NCBI GenBank assembly: GCA_016199495.1
Contig: JACQGQ010000048.1
Location: 1-48,932 of the forward strand
Direction: 5' to 3'
DNA: 48,932 nucleotides
Source: Chloroflexota bacterium
GTDB lineage: Bacteria; Chloroflexota; Dehalococcoidia; Dehalococcoidales; UBA2162
The translations under genes were made by a program, and so were the position numbers. Below the pieces are notes generated by a model. It saw only the letters and a list, made by a program, of their open reading frames with translations, did no database searches and had not been told where the DNA came from. Positions 1 through 9,775 of this stretch are shown in pieces. Every line of letters begins with the position of its first letter. Within the stretch, counting starts at the first letter, position 1.

Positions 1-1091
1 AAAATCTTGTTCTCAAAGCACTCCATCGCGAAGGCAATGACGTCCCCGGTTGAAATCGTGTCTAAAGAATAGGCATTACAAAGCTCATTTCCCTTGGCGA
101 TAGCCTTCAGGTCACTTATGCCGCAGTTAGAACCTAATGACGCTAGAGTTTCATACTCGGGGCCGCCGTAGGCAGGGTCGACAAAGTAAGGGTCATCCAC
201 CTTGACCACTTTTTTACAGCGAACCGGGCAGGCATAGCAGCTATCCATCTTAATCCTGATGGTGTCTCTTATCGCCTCAGCACTGATACCTTGTGCGTCA
301 GGGAATTCACCATCCCGGAAATTACGAACCGGTAAATTCCCGCTAACCATACCGGCTTCCATCCCAGCGCCGGTGCCCAGCTCATGAAACGATGCCCATA
401 GTTCCCGGTGGGCTAAGAGCCACTGCCTGAGTTCCTTGACACGCTCAGGCTCAGCCACCCGGGGCTGATGGCGACCTCTAACGGCGATAGCTTTAAGGTT
501 CTTCGAACCCATGACCGCGCCTGTCCCTCCCCTGCCGGCTACGTTATGGAGGTCATTAACAATACAAGCAAAGCGCACCTGATTTTCCCCGGCTTGTCCT
601 GTTGTCGCCACTCGAATCAGGTTATCCCCTAGCTCAGTTTTGATTGTCTGCTCTGTTTCCTTAGCTTTCATGCCCCAGAGGTGACCGGCGTCCCTGATGC
701 TCACTTCTCCGTCATCAATCCAGAGGTAAACCGGTTTTTCCGCTTTACCCTCAACAATAATGGCATCATAGCCAGCGTGCTTGAGTTCGGCACCCCACAA
801 GCCACCGACCTCTGACTTGGCAAAGCCACCGGTTAGCGGTGATTTGGCGCCAACACAGTTACGGCCGCTGCCCGGTAACGAAACCCCCGTTACCGGGCCC
901 AGGGCAAAGATTAGTTTATTCTCGGCACCTAAGGGGTCAATCCCCGGCGCCAGCTCCTTGAGCAGGTAGTAGGCAACAAAGCCGGCGCCCCCGATATACC
1001 TCCGGCAGAATAGCTCATCAAGCACCTCCGCCGATGTGCTACCCGAAGATAAATCAACCCTTAGGAGCTGCCCATTATAGCCATAAGGCAT
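1..1091 (-). CDS. Aldehyde:ferredoxin oxidoreductase (W/Mo AOR family), runs off the left edge
   Basis: Manual translation from ATG at 1091 with GGAGGT RBS: MPYGYNGQLLRVDLS...KSPLTGGFAKSEVGG...AGRGGTGAVMGSKNLKAIAVRG...CYACPVRC...GPEYETLASLGSNCG...LDTISTG, typical AOR motifs. Missing from the ORF track because it has no stop in the window. Confidence 0.95.
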   Translation of the reverse strand, partial: MPYGYNGQLLRVDLSSGSTSAEVLDELFCRRYIGGAGFVAYYLLKELAPGIDPLGAENKLIFALGPVTGVSLPGSGRNCVGAKSPLTGGFAKSEVGGLWGAELKHAGYDAIIVEGKAEKPVYLWIDDGEVSIRDAGHLWGMKAKETEQTIKTELGDNLIRVATTGQAGENQVRFACIVNDLHNVAGRGGTGAVMGSKNLKAIAVRGRHQPRVAEPERVKELRQWLLAHRELWASFHELGTGAGMEAGMVSGNLPVRNFRDGEFPDAQGISAEAIRDTIRIKMDSCYACPVRCKKVVKVDDPYFVDPAYGGPEYETLASLGSNCGISDLKAIAKGNELCNAYSLDTISTGDVIAFAMECFENKI

Positions 1092-1279
1092 GTTAGCGAC
1101 CTCCTGCAAACTCTAATTTGAGGCAATGGGTATTTCCCATACTCTTAATTATAGAATGTTTTTCCCCATTCCGCTAGATAGTTTGGAAAAATAGTTTAAC
1201 CGGGTTCTGAGCCGGTCTGGCTACTGCTTTGAAACCTCTCTGTGGCAAAGCCAATACCTTCGGCATCATTAGCCTTTCA

Positions 1280-1370
1280 ACCTCACCCCCTTTATCCCCC
1301 TCTCCTTCAAAGGAGAGGGGGAAGAAAAAGAAGAGGGCTACCGCCCTCTTAGACCCCCCTTCCGGTTCGA
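1280..1370 (+). repeat. Palindromic repeat, left half (hairpins A+B), copy 1
   Basis: ACCTCACCCCCTTTATCCCCCTCTCCTTCAAAGGAGAGGGGG, then AAGAGGGC-TACC-GCCCTCTT; nearly identical to 18968-19061. Confidence 0.9.
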
Positions 1371-1584
1371 ATCCAATGTGGGCTACCAATTGGATTTGAA
1401 CGAAGCACAGTGAAAAAGCTGTGTTTTGTGTTTTTATTCTTGACTTAGCAACAGTGGTCGGAAACATTTGTGGTAAGACATTCCATTTTTCGTCGAAAAG
1501 TATTATTATATTGGTAAAATATAGAAAGTCATTGTTAGGGAAGTAAGAACTAGAATATCAGTTGTTTGCTCTAGGCTATAAGCA

Positions 1585-2646
1585 ATGAAGGACGAAATTA
1601 AATATCAGTTTCGGCTTATTGAGGGTGAGGCGAATATAAGCAAAAAATTGCCCTCTCCTTTCTTTAAGACTAATCTGGGTAAAATATATTTAGGCGATTC
1701 TATAGAATTGATACCATCGCTGGAATCTGAATCAGTTGATTTAATAATGACTTCTCCCCCATTCGGTTTGGTTCGTAAGAAAGAGTATGGAAATGTTGAT
1801 GCTGATGAATACCTTGAATGGTTCAGGCCTTTTGCCAGAGAGTTTCATCGTATCCTGAAAAAGACAGGCTCTTTCGTAATTGATATTGGAGGGGCTTGGA
1901 TACCTGACCAACCGACGCGTTCGCTGTACCATTATGAACTTTTAGTAATGCTCTGCAAAGAATTCAATTTTCATCTTGCACAGGAGTTTTTTTGGTGGAA
2001 TCCTTCAAAACTGCCTACGCCAGCGGAATGGGTAAATATTCGACGTGTCAGGGTCAAGGATGCGGTTAACTGCATTTGGTGGCTATCAACTACTCCCTGG
2101 CCAAAAGCGAATAACCGAAGAGTACTTATTCCATACAGTGAATCAATGAAGGGACTCCTCCAAAACGGCTACAAAGCAAAACTGAGGCCAAGCGGACATG
2201 ATATTAGTAAGAAATTTTCCATAGACAACAAAGCATCAATTCCACCAAATTTGATTGCAGTTGCCAATACCGAGAGTAATTCAGCCTATCTGCGATATTG
2301 TAAGGCACACGGTCTCAAGCCAAATCCAGCTAGGTATCCTGCTGCATTGCCAGAATACTTTATCAGGATGCTCACAGACGTTGGCGACATGGTGGTTGAC
2401 CCATTTGCTGGGTCATGCGTAACTGGTGAAGTCGCAGAGAGATTGAGTAGAAAGTGGATTTGTTGTGAAATTGTGAAAGAGTATATTGAAGGCGGGGTAT
2501 CAAGATTTCGAGGAGACTTATATAATGGGAAGATGAAGGTGCCATCATATACTATATCTCACCCTTCAGTTCTCTGGAATGGAATCGAGAATGATGAACC
2601 ACTTTTTAGAGATGGTGGCAGAAAGCGACCCACAAAAGAGAAATGA
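1585..2646 (+). CDS. Site-specific DNA methyltransferase, beta class, probably N4-cytosine (M.PvuII-like)
   Basis: Catalytic motif IV TSPPF is N-terminal and SAM-binding motif I DPFAGS is C-terminal. Confidence 0.92.
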   Translation: MKDEIKYQFRLIEGEANISKKLPSPFFKTNLGKIYLGDSIELIPSLESESVDLIMTSPPFGLVRKKEYGNVDADEYLEWFRPFAREFHRILKKTGSFVIDIGGAWIPDQPTRSLYHYELLVMLCKEFNFHLAQEFFWWNPSKLPTPAEWVNIRRVRVKDAVNCIWWLSTTPWPKANNRRVLIPYSESMKGLLQNGYKAKLRPSGHDISKKFSIDNKASIPPNLIAVANTESNSAYLRYCKAHGLKPNPARYPAALPEYFIRMLTDVGDMVVDPFAGSCVTGEVAERLSRKWICCEIVKEYIEGGVSRFRGDLYNGKMKVPSYTISHPSVLWNGIENDEPLFRDGGRKRPTKEK

Positions 2647-2660
2647 AAGGTTAGTTTTTT

Positions 2661-3674
2661 ATGCCTGCGGTTAGGCCGTCTGTTCTAGTGACTTCAATTC
2701 TGGATGCGATTCAGCAATCCGGGGGCTCTGTTGTTTATTTATCAAGGTCAGACCAGGCACACCCGCGTGAATTTCTTGTCGAATATCTGGATGAGAAGTT
2801 CTCCGTTTGGGTATATATCTGGACACTTACCCATGGAGGAAGAGTATCACTACCTAACGAGTATCGGATTCAAATAACGTCTGTCAGTTCACCGTTACGT
2901 TTGAATCCAAGTGGTTATACGGTTCTTATGGGGTTTTACCCTGACCTCGGAATGTTTGCAGGATTTGACCTTAGACGGCATCGAACATTTACGACAGGTT
3001 CTCCATCAGTACAAATCAGCATACGTAGCATAAATGAAGCTCTTCAGAATGGGCTGGCCTTCAACACAAAGACTAACCTAGAAATTGCTGTAGCAGTTCG
3101 ACCAGACCAGTTTTTAAACTATGTTCGTAGCGCGGATGCTCTACATAAGTACGGAAATGATGTGCAGACAATGAGGTTACTCGAACGGGCAGCAGAAGCA
3201 CAGGAGATAACACAGCAAGACATAGCGGAACTAGCTAGAGAAAGGCAGACACTAGTTGCAACTGTAAGTCGCTATTCAAGAGATGCAAATTTTCGGCAAC
3301 AAGTGCTGAATGCATACGAGCATCGGTGCGCAGTAACTAGAGCACAACTGAAACTCGTCGACGCAGCTCATATCCTTCCTGTACCATCTGAAAGGAGTAG
3401 TGAGCATATTACCAATGGTATTGCGCTATCACCTACTATGCATCGAGCATTTGATAGCGGACTCATTTTCCTTAATGAGGATTATTTGATGCTATTCAAC
3501 GAGGAAAAAGTCAATGAATTAACTAATGAAAATCTTCATGCTGGATTAAACCAGATGCGAAATATGCTACAAGGGCGAATTCACTTGCCGGCAGACCGTC
3601 GTCAATGGCCTAATACTCGGTTCATAATAGAAGCGAATAGATATAGGCGAATACCAGGTTATCGGGGGAGCTAA
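2661..3674 (+). CDS. HNH endonuclease, putative restriction partner of the methylase
   Basis: C-terminal RDANFRQQVLNAYEHRCAVT...DAAHILP...NGIALSPTMHRAFD (HNH_2 type); starts 14 bp after the methylase stop. Confidence 0.88.
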   Translation: MPAVRPSVLVTSILDAIQQSGGSVVYLSRSDQAHPREFLVEYLDEKFSVWVYIWTLTHGGRVSLPNEYRIQITSVSSPLRLNPSGYTVLMGFYPDLGMFAGFDLRRHRTFTTGSPSVQISIRSINEALQNGLAFNTKTNLEIAVAVRPDQFLNYVRSADALHKYGNDVQTMRLLERAAEAQEITQQDIAELARERQTLVATVSRYSRDANFRQQVLNAYEHRCAVTRAQLKLVDAAHILPVPSERSSEHITNGIALSPTMHRAFDSGLIFLNEDYLMLFNEEKVNELTNENLHAGLNQMRNMLQGRIHLPADRRQWPNTRFIIEANRYRRIPGYRGS

Positions 3675-3787
3675 TCGATACAGAAATTTCGTTAACCTTT
3701 TGTCAGCCGACAATTCAGAGCAAACACTAACCTGAAAGTTCTTTCTTTCGTCCAACTTGTTCAACCAAAAATATCTCAAACTAACAG

Positions 3788-3875
3788 CCAGGTGTGAAGA
3801 GGGGCGAAGCCCCCTCTTTTTTATTCCTCCCCCTTCCCCTTATCAAGGGGAAGGGGGACACAGGGGGATGGGGTT
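3788..3875 (+). repeat. Palindromic repeat, right half (hairpins B+C), copy 2
   Basis: CCAGGTGTGAAGAGGGGCGAAGCCCCCTCTT...CCCCCTTCCCCTTATCAAGGGGAAGGGGG...GGGGGATGGGGTT; nearly identical to 20067-20150. Confidence 0.9.
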
Positions 3876-3931
3876 ATATAAATTAGGGGGGTGAAGTTTA
3901 TGAGATAGACATCACATCTCAGACTAAGAGT

Positions 3932-3992
3932 TGACTTCCTCACTTAATGGTGTGTATATTTGTCAAAACCCCTGGCTTATATTTGTCGAAAC
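3932..3992 (+). promoter_or_regulatory. Putative sigma70 promoter and direct-repeat operator of the MFS gene
   Basis: TTGACT-N17-TATATT. The -10 overlaps the first of two TATATTTGTC(A/G)AAAC repeats (3955-3969, 3978-3992). Confidence 0.45.
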
Positions 3993-4074
3993 TAAGCTAC
4001 TCTCGACACTCATAGCCACCAGAGCTAAGCTTTTTGTGGATGACGCATAAGCTTATCTGAAGAGAGAGGCTTGC

Positions 4075-5397
4075 TTGATTAAGAGAAGGAGATTCCCCAG
4101 GATATTTTTCGGTTGGTGGACAGTTCTCGCCAGCAGCATTATAAACCTCTGGGGACTGGGCTACCACCTTTACGGCATCTCGGCGTTGTTCAAACCAATT
4201 GCCTCTGAGCTGGGCTTCAACCGGACAGTAACATCGGTCGCTGTCGCTATTAACCGGCTGCTCGGTGGCATAGAGGGACCAGTGGCGGGCGGGCTCACCG
4301 ACAGATTTGGCCCGAAGTGGGTCGTCTTTTTCGGTGTCTTCCTTTTGGGTCTCGGCCTGATACTAATGTACTACATAAACTCGCTCTGGGCTTTTTATGT
4401 TGCCTGGGGAGTTATAATGGGGACAGGTGGCAATATCGCCCTCATGCTACCGATGGATAAGGCAATAGCAAACTGGTTTGTCAAGCAAAGAGGCTTAGCT
4501 CAAGGCATCAGATGGGTGTTTCGCGGGCTTTCCGGGGTGCTGGTGTTGCCCCTTATTGCCTGGCTGATAGTTACTCAGGGCTGGCGGATGGCCTGTCTGA
4601 TTGGCGGGATAGTCATGTTGGTTGTCGGACTGCCTCTTGCCTTCTTTTTCTTTAAACGGTACCGACCGGAGTACTACGGGCTACTGCCCGATGGCGCCAG
4701 GGTGGAGGAAGAACAGGCCAGAGACACCAGCCAAATGATAGACCGGGGTATAAAGTATGCCGCTGAGGTCGAGGAAGTGGAGTTTACTCTGAGGCAGGCA
4801 TCAAGAACACCGGCCTTCTGGCTGCTAATTGTCGCCTCTACTGTCCATGGTTTTTCGACGACAGCTATTGTCACCCACAGTATACCTTTTTTCACTGATA
4901 GAGGGATTGACCCACTCAGGGCGGCGGGCATATTGGCACTGATGGCATTAGTCAGCATTCCCTCCAGATTTGTTGGTGGACTTATCACCGACCGTCTTAA
5001 GAAACAACACTTACGATTTATAATGGGGACAACCTATCTGCTAGAAGCTGTGGGGATGACTGCCTTCCTGCTAAATCAGAGTATCGCCATGATTTATGTC
5101 TGGTTTATTCTCCGTGGCATTGGCACGGGAGGAGGCCTGGTCCTGGCATCTCTATTAAGGGCGCGCTACTTCGGCCGGAAAGCCCTCGGTTCCATCGGTG
5201 GCTTCTCATCGATGTTCTTAACACCCGTCGGCATGGCCGCGCCTATCTATATCGGCTATGTCTATGATAGCACCGGCAGCTATATTAATGCCTTCACCTT
5301 ATTAGCGGCACTACTCGCCGTTGGCGGGGTCATCACCTTTTTTATCCTGCCCCCCAAACCCCCAGCCCAGGTGACCGATATCCGTAAATTCGTGTGA
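4075..5397 (+). CDS. MFS transporter
   Basis: About 12 hydrophobic segments; motif A-like GGLTDRFGPK and GLITDRLKK. Confidence 0.92.
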   Translation: MIKRRRFPRIFFGWWTVLASSIINLWGLGYHLYGISALFKPIASELGFNRTVTSVAVAINRLLGGIEGPVAGGLTDRFGPKWVVFFGVFLLGLGLILMYYINSLWAFYVAWGVIMGTGGNIALMLPMDKAIANWFVKQRGLAQGIRWVFRGLSGVLVLPLIAWLIVTQGWRMACLIGGIVMLVVGLPLAFFFFKRYRPEYYGLLPDGARVEEEQARDTSQMIDRGIKYAAEVEEVEFTLRQASRTPAFWLLIVASTVHGFSTTAIVTHSIPFFTDRGIDPLRAAGILALMALVSIPSRFVGGLITDRLKKQHLRFIMGTTYLLEAVGMTAFLLNQSIAMIYVWFILRGIGTGGGLVLASLLRARYFGRKALGSIGGFSSMFLTPVGMAAPIYIGYVYDSTGSYINAFTLLAALLAVGGVITFFILPPKPPAQVTDIRKFV

Positions 5398-5584
5398 GAA
5401 CTGGAGCTTTTTATACTAAGGTTAGAAGACATTATCTTACATGTATCTGAACCGGGCTTAGCCGATTCGTGAGGTTCGGGGAGATACGGCATCAACCGTA
5501 TTGCGTCAAATCAAACTGTTACCGAAGACCCCCCTCCTTGACTTACTATCGGAAAATGCTTAAACTAATCATAGGAGTGAGAAG

Positions 5585-5815
5585 ATGCCGATATATGAGT
5601 ATGTTTGCCCTGATTGCGAGTCCAGATTTGAGCTATTACGCCCGCTAAGCCAGGCGGCTGAGGGGGCTGCCTGCCCCGGCTGCCATCAGAGCGCCGAACG
5701 GGTATTATCTGTTTTTGCCTGCTTCTCCACGAATGAAAGCGGGCTAGCTGCTACGGTAGGGGGAAGCTCCTGCTCTAGCTGTGGCGCCACCAGCTGCGAT
5801 ACCTGCGCTGCATAA
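5585..5815 (+). CDS. FmdB-family zinc-ribbon protein
   Basis: MPIYEYVCPDC...FE...CPGC with a Cys-rich tail; AGGAG RBS. Confidence 0.9.
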   Translation: MPIYEYVCPDCESRFELLRPLSQAAEGAACPGCHQSAERVLSVFACFSTNESGLAATVGGSSCSSCGATSCDTCAA

Positions 5816-5821
5816 TTACCC

Positions 5822-5846
5822 TAGGCGATGAGCGCCTACATATTTT
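5822..5846 (+). terminator. Possible terminator hairpin
   Basis: TAGGCG-ATGAG-CGCCTA just after the stop, followed by a weak T tract. Confidence 0.35.
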
Positions 5847-6019
5847 AAGGCATTGTGGCTGGCAATCCCCACCCACCACACTCGCCCCTTGTTGTGTTGT
5901 TGTGTGGGTGAATGTAGTGTGAATGATAGTTGAACTCCAAAGAATAGTCTACCAGGGCTAGAAACCGATTCTGTGCCTTCTCAGAGCTATCCCACCAGAC
6001 CGCCTCGCTCGACTTTAGT

Positions 6020-6658
6020 TTAGCCTGAGTGCGCTAAGAAAGTCGGGAACTTAAGGCGGTCACGGAGCTTGTTCACCACCCTCCTGACGCCGGGCAGACG
6101 AAGGAGCAGGAGCAAACCGACGGCGGCGGCGTAAAGCAGTGGTTCACGTCTGTCGGCCTTAACCAGCAGCAGAAAATGAAACACGGATAACAGGGCGGCG
6201 GGATAGACCAACCAGTGTAATCGTTCCCAGTTTCTACCCAATCGCTTTATCCATCCCCTGGTAGAGGTTATCGCTACCGGCAGCAGTGCCAGCCAAGCGA
6301 TAACACCGGCCCAGATATAAGCTTTCCCGAAAACATCCTCTCGGAGCAAATTGAGGTTAAAACCGTAATCCAGCCCGATAAAGTTCAGCGTATGCAGGCA
6401 GGCATACATAAATCCGTAAAGCCCCAGCGGGCGCCGCAACCGCGATACCGACTTAAGCCCGAACATAGTGTTTAGCGGTGTGCAAGCCAGGGAAAGTAGC
6501 AATAGAATCAGGCTATAGCTACCAGTCCGGAGTGTGATTTCCTGTATCGGATTGGCGGTTAATCGGTCTTGCCTGAAATCCCAGATGAGTATTGCCAGCG
6601 GCAGCAGGGATACAATATGGGTAAGTATCTGGAGCCAATGTGTCTTCAGCCTGCCCAT
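6020..6658 (-). CDS. msrQ: Methionine sulfoxide reductase heme-binding subunit MsrQ
   Basis: Ferric-reductase-like membrane protein: RRPLGLYGFMYACLH, LAITS-like VAITS, WERLHWLVY; coupled to msrP. Confidence 0.93.
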   Translation of the reverse strand: MGRLKTHWLQILTHIVSLLPLAILIWDFRQDRLTANPIQEITLRTGSYSLILLLLSLACTPLNTMFGLKSVSRLRRPLGLYGFMYACLHTLNFIGLDYGFNLNLLREDVFGKAYIWAGVIAWLALLPVAITSTRGWIKRLGRNWERLHWLVYPAALLSVFHFLLLVKADRREPLLYAAAVGLLLLLRLPGVRRVVNKLRDRLKFPTFLAHSG

Positions 6659-7716
6659 TAGAAGAATTTTCTCAAGTCCATCCCCTGGTAGAGGTGGGCG
6701 ACTTCCTCGGCGTAGCCGTTAAAGGGCAGGGTCAAGCGGCGTCTAACTTCACCAATGCGGCGCTCACTGGACTGGGACCAGCGGGGGTGAGGCACATCTG
6801 GATTGACATTGGAGTAGAAGCCATATTCGTGGGGAGCGGCGGCCATCCACAGAGAAGTCGGCATTTCGGCCACCAGGTCAATTTTCACGATTGACTTGAT
6901 ACTCTTAAAGCCGTATTTCCAGGGCACAACCAGACGGACCGGGGCGCCACTCTGCGGTAACAAAGGCTTACCGTAAATACCGGTAGCCAGCAGCGTCAGC
7001 TCGTGCATAGCCTCATCCAGACGCAGTCCCTCAGCGTATGGCCAGGCGTAGGTTTTACTATGCTGGCCCGGCATCTGCCCCGGGTCATAAAGCGTCTCAA
7101 AGCGTACATACCGGGCCTGGGCTGTTGGCTCGACCTCCCTCAATAGCCTGGCGAGAGGAAAGCCGAGCCAGGGAATGACCATAGACCAGGCTTCGACACA
7201 GCGCAGACGATAAATTCGCTCTTCCTGGCCGAACTTTCGCCGCAGGTCATCAATGTCAAAGGTTTGCGCTTTGTTGACCATTCCCCCCACCTCTACCGTC
7301 CAGGGTGAGGTCTTGAAATCTCGTGCCAGGCGGGCAACGCCTTTTTTCTCGGTGGTGAACTCGTAAAAGTTGTTGTAATTTACGATGGAGTCGTAAGGTG
7401 TCAGCTCATCTCCCAGCTCGTCCTTGGCTGGCGGTGCCAGGTCGGTATCATCGGTGACCCCCGGCTCGTCCTTACCTGACGGTACCAGGTCGGTATTATC
7501 GGTGACCCCCGGCTCGCCCCTGGCGGCCGGTGTCAGTTCAACATTATCGCTGCCGCCCAGACCCGACAGAAAATCCTGCTTGCGGCAGGCACTGAGAAAC
7601 AGGGCGCTGGCAACCAGGGCACTAATGCCCGTCAGGAACTTGCGACGGGACAGGAACTGGTGACGGGAAAGGTAAAGATGTTCCGGAGTGATTTCAAACG
7701 GGCTTATGTTTTCCAT
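6658..7716 (-). CDS. msrP: Methionine sulfoxide reductase molybdo-subunit MsrP
   Basis: EITPE...SRRKFL Tat motif, [50 protein letters not shown]. Confidence 0.96.
   Translation of the reverse strand: MENISPFEITPEHLYLSRHQFLSRRKFLTGISALVASALFLSACRKQDFLSGLGGSDNVELTPAARGEPGVTDNTDLVPSGKDEPGVTDDTDLAPPAKDELGDELTPYDSIVNYNNFYEFTTEKKGVARLARDFKTSPWTVEVGGMVNKAQTFDIDDLRRKFGQEERIYRLRCVEAWSMVIPWLGFPLARLLREVEPTAQARYVRFETLYDPGQMPGQHSKTYAWPYAEGLRLDEAMHELTLLATGIYGKPLLPQSGAPVRLVVPWKYGFKSIKSIVKIDLVAEMPTSLWMAAAPHEYGFYSNVNPDVPHPRWSQSSERRIGEVRRRLTLPFNGYAEEVAHLYQGMDLRKFF
7416..7516. repeat. 48-bp in-frame tandem duplication in the msrP linker
   Basis: Units 7416-7463 and 7464-7511 encode EPGVTD(N/D)TDL(V/A)P(S/P)(G/A)KD twice. 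Confidence 0.9.
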
Positions 7717-7872
7717 TTAACCTTCTACCATTCAGGTGACTTACGGTTAATTTAAGTTTAGCCTAAATAAAAGTCCTTTACAAATATGTGTGGGGACAGG
7801 TCACTATGATTTTGAAGAGAGAAACCTTCACCACTGATATGATACAGCCGGTTCATTCCTGCCCCTAATATA

Positions 7873-9078
7873 TCAAAAAGGCAGATGTTTTCGGGTAGCT
7901 AGCTCATAAGCAATTTGTCCCTCAATATCTAACAGTGACTTCAACTTATCGTAATCCAGGGTTTCCGGATTGTCCCCGGCCGTATGATAAAAAATACCCA
8001 GATTCCCCATGAGCCAGACAACCGGGATAGCCCCTTTGACCTGGAAAGGAACATGGTCTGAAACTGGCATTGGCTCGGCACCGTATTTAACCTCATAGCC
8101 CAGTTGCTCAACCACATTTAAGGCGAAGGCACGAATTTCTTTAGTTGTCGCCAGCTCGAATGTGAAGTCATACGGGTTTCCCAAGGTACCAAAGGTAACC
8201 ACGGCCTTGATATTTGGCAGTTCATCGGCATGCCTATCGACGTAAGCGAAAGACCCCCAGAAAGGACCAATCTCTTCGACGCCAAACATAATAGCCTTAA
8301 TGGTGCGTCTGGATTTCCGCTTGCTAAAGATACGTAGCAACTCCAGAAGCGCGGCACACCCGGCCGCATTGTCAGCGGCATGTTTCCCTAGATTGAAACT
8401 ATCGTAGTGAGCGTTTAAGACTATTTGTTCATCGGGGATAGTTGTCCCGGGAATAGTCATAATAATATTGGAGGAAGTCTTTTTTGAGAATGCACCATTC
8501 AGGCTAATACGTAATTTGAGTTGCCCGCTACTCATCAACGTTAGAAGCTTGCGGCCAACAGATACGGGAACCAGTACAGCCGGAATTTGTCCAGCTTCAC
8601 GATTCATTGTAGCCGTACCGGCGCGACAGAGATTGTCAGGGGCATCGGTAAGAATGACAACACCGCTAGCACCATGCTGCTGAGCCAGAGAATAAGCCAG
8701 GGAGGTACCGATAGTCTCGGCCAGCACAATCTTACCCTTAATTGCTATGCCCTGCTTACTGAAAAAATCAAACCCCTGCCTGGTGCCATAACCCACATAT
8801 ATCACTTCTCCTTCAGCCACACCACTCCCAGCGTAATGCAACGGAAAATTGTCCAGAGCACCTTCAACCGGTGCCAGAGTCTCCAGCTTGGAGCTTAGCG
8901 GAAGATAGTGCATATATTCGAACTCTTCCAGCTCAACATTGACCCCTAATTTTTCCCCTTCAGACACAATATATTCACGACTCTTGATTTCTCCCTCGGT
9001 TCCAGCATACCTGGGCGAACGGGCACAAATCTCCTCAACGTAGGTTTTAATATTCTTTTTGCTGACTGATACGGGCAT
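7873..9078 (-). CDS. M28-family aminopeptidase with PA domain
   Basis: RYAGTEGE, AHYDS, ADNAAG, GVEEIG, SDHVPF and YHTAGD zinc-ligand motifs. Confidence 0.9.
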   Translation of the reverse strand: MPVSVSKKNIKTYVEEICARSPRYAGTEGEIKSREYIVSEGEKLGVNVELEEFEYMHYLPLSSKLETLAPVEGALDNFPLHYAGSGVAEGEVIYVGYGTRQGFDFFSKQGIAIKGKIVLAETIGTSLAYSLAQQHGASGVVILTDAPDNLCRAGTATMNREAGQIPAVLVPVSVGRKLLTLMSSGQLKLRISLNGAFSKKTSSNIIMTIPGTTIPDEQIVLNAHYDSFNLGKHAADNAAGCAALLELLRIFSKRKSRRTIKAIMFGVEEIGPFWGSFAYVDRHADELPNIKAVVTFGTLGNPYDFTFELATTKEIRAFALNVVEQLGYEVKYGAEPMPVSDHVPFQVKGAIPVVWLMGNLGIFYHTAGDNPETLDYDKLKSLLDIEGQIAYELATRKHLPF

Positions 9079-9239
9079 TAAAGCGTACCTCCTATATTTT
9101 GGGGCAAGTTTGTCAGATAATACAGATAATATCTGCTGGAATAAGAATCGTCAATATCACTGCAGGGACAGGTCAGATTTTGTTAATTCTTTCCTATTCC
9201 CGCCCTATTCCCGCGTGCGGAACTTTCGGCTATTTTCAA

Positions 9240-9269
9240 TAGCCACTCTTTCTCTAGCCACTCTTTCTC
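9240..9269. repeat. 15-bp perfect tandem duplication
   Basis: TAGCCACTCTTTCTC twice, intergenic. Confidence 0.75.
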
Positions 9270-9313
9270 TTAGAAGTTTTTTCCGGGCACTGCCACAAGC
9301 CAGGAGGTAAATC

Positions 9314-9679
9314 TTAATCCTCGAGCTGCGTTGTCTCCTGAGCGGGCGACATGACATAGAGATGGGAGAAGGTGGAGTCTTTAACCGCGCCGTGCCAGTG
9401 ACTCTCGTCTGCCGGAATAAATATAATCGTACCCAGCCGCACCGTTACTTCCTCATTCTCGGTGGCGACTATCCCTGTTCCTTTGGTAACAATGAGTATC
9501 TGTTCAATGGAGTGGCTGTGGAACTTATTCCTTACGCCTTGGTCGAAGTTTACCTGCCTCACCGAAAACTTGTTGCTTAGTTCTGTGTCGACAACCGTCT
9601 GCATGGTGACCGGGCCGGTAAACAGCTTTAAGTTTGTCGGTGGTTCTTTTGCCACCTGGTCTATCTGGATTACCTTCAT
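9314..9679 (-). CDS. Cupin domain protein
   Basis: FHSHSIEQ and IPADESHWHGA cupin motifs. Confidence 0.9.
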   Translation of the reverse strand: MKVIQIDQVAKEPPTNLKLFTGPVTMQTVVDTELSNKFSVRQVNFDQGVRNKFHSHSIEQILIVTKGTGIVATENEEVTVRLGTIIFIPADESHWHGAVKDSTFSHLYVMSPAQETTQLED

Positions 9680-9735
9680 GGTTACCTCCTTAATATATCA
9701 TACGTTGCCAGGGAATCTCGTCCTATCAGGTAAGT

Positions 9736-9775
9736 TTGCGTAATTACTCATTGACGCAATTGCGCAGTTACTCTC
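9736..9775. repeat. Phased octamer array (consensus about TTRCGYAA) at the end of the ParA operon
   Basis: TTGCGTAA TTACTCAT TGACGCAA TTGCGCAG TTACTCTC; overlaps the last codons of the partner gene. Confidence 0.55.

Noticed and set aside
1174-1467. 97-aa minus-strand ORF
   Set aside because: It reads through the palindromic repeat (FFFFPLSFEGEGDKGGEV is the repeat's translation) and is probably spurious.
5845-6015. Stop-free minus-strand frame with a GT-rich tract downstream of msrQ
   Set aside because: No convincing start or RBS and no recognisable family; at most a gene remnant.
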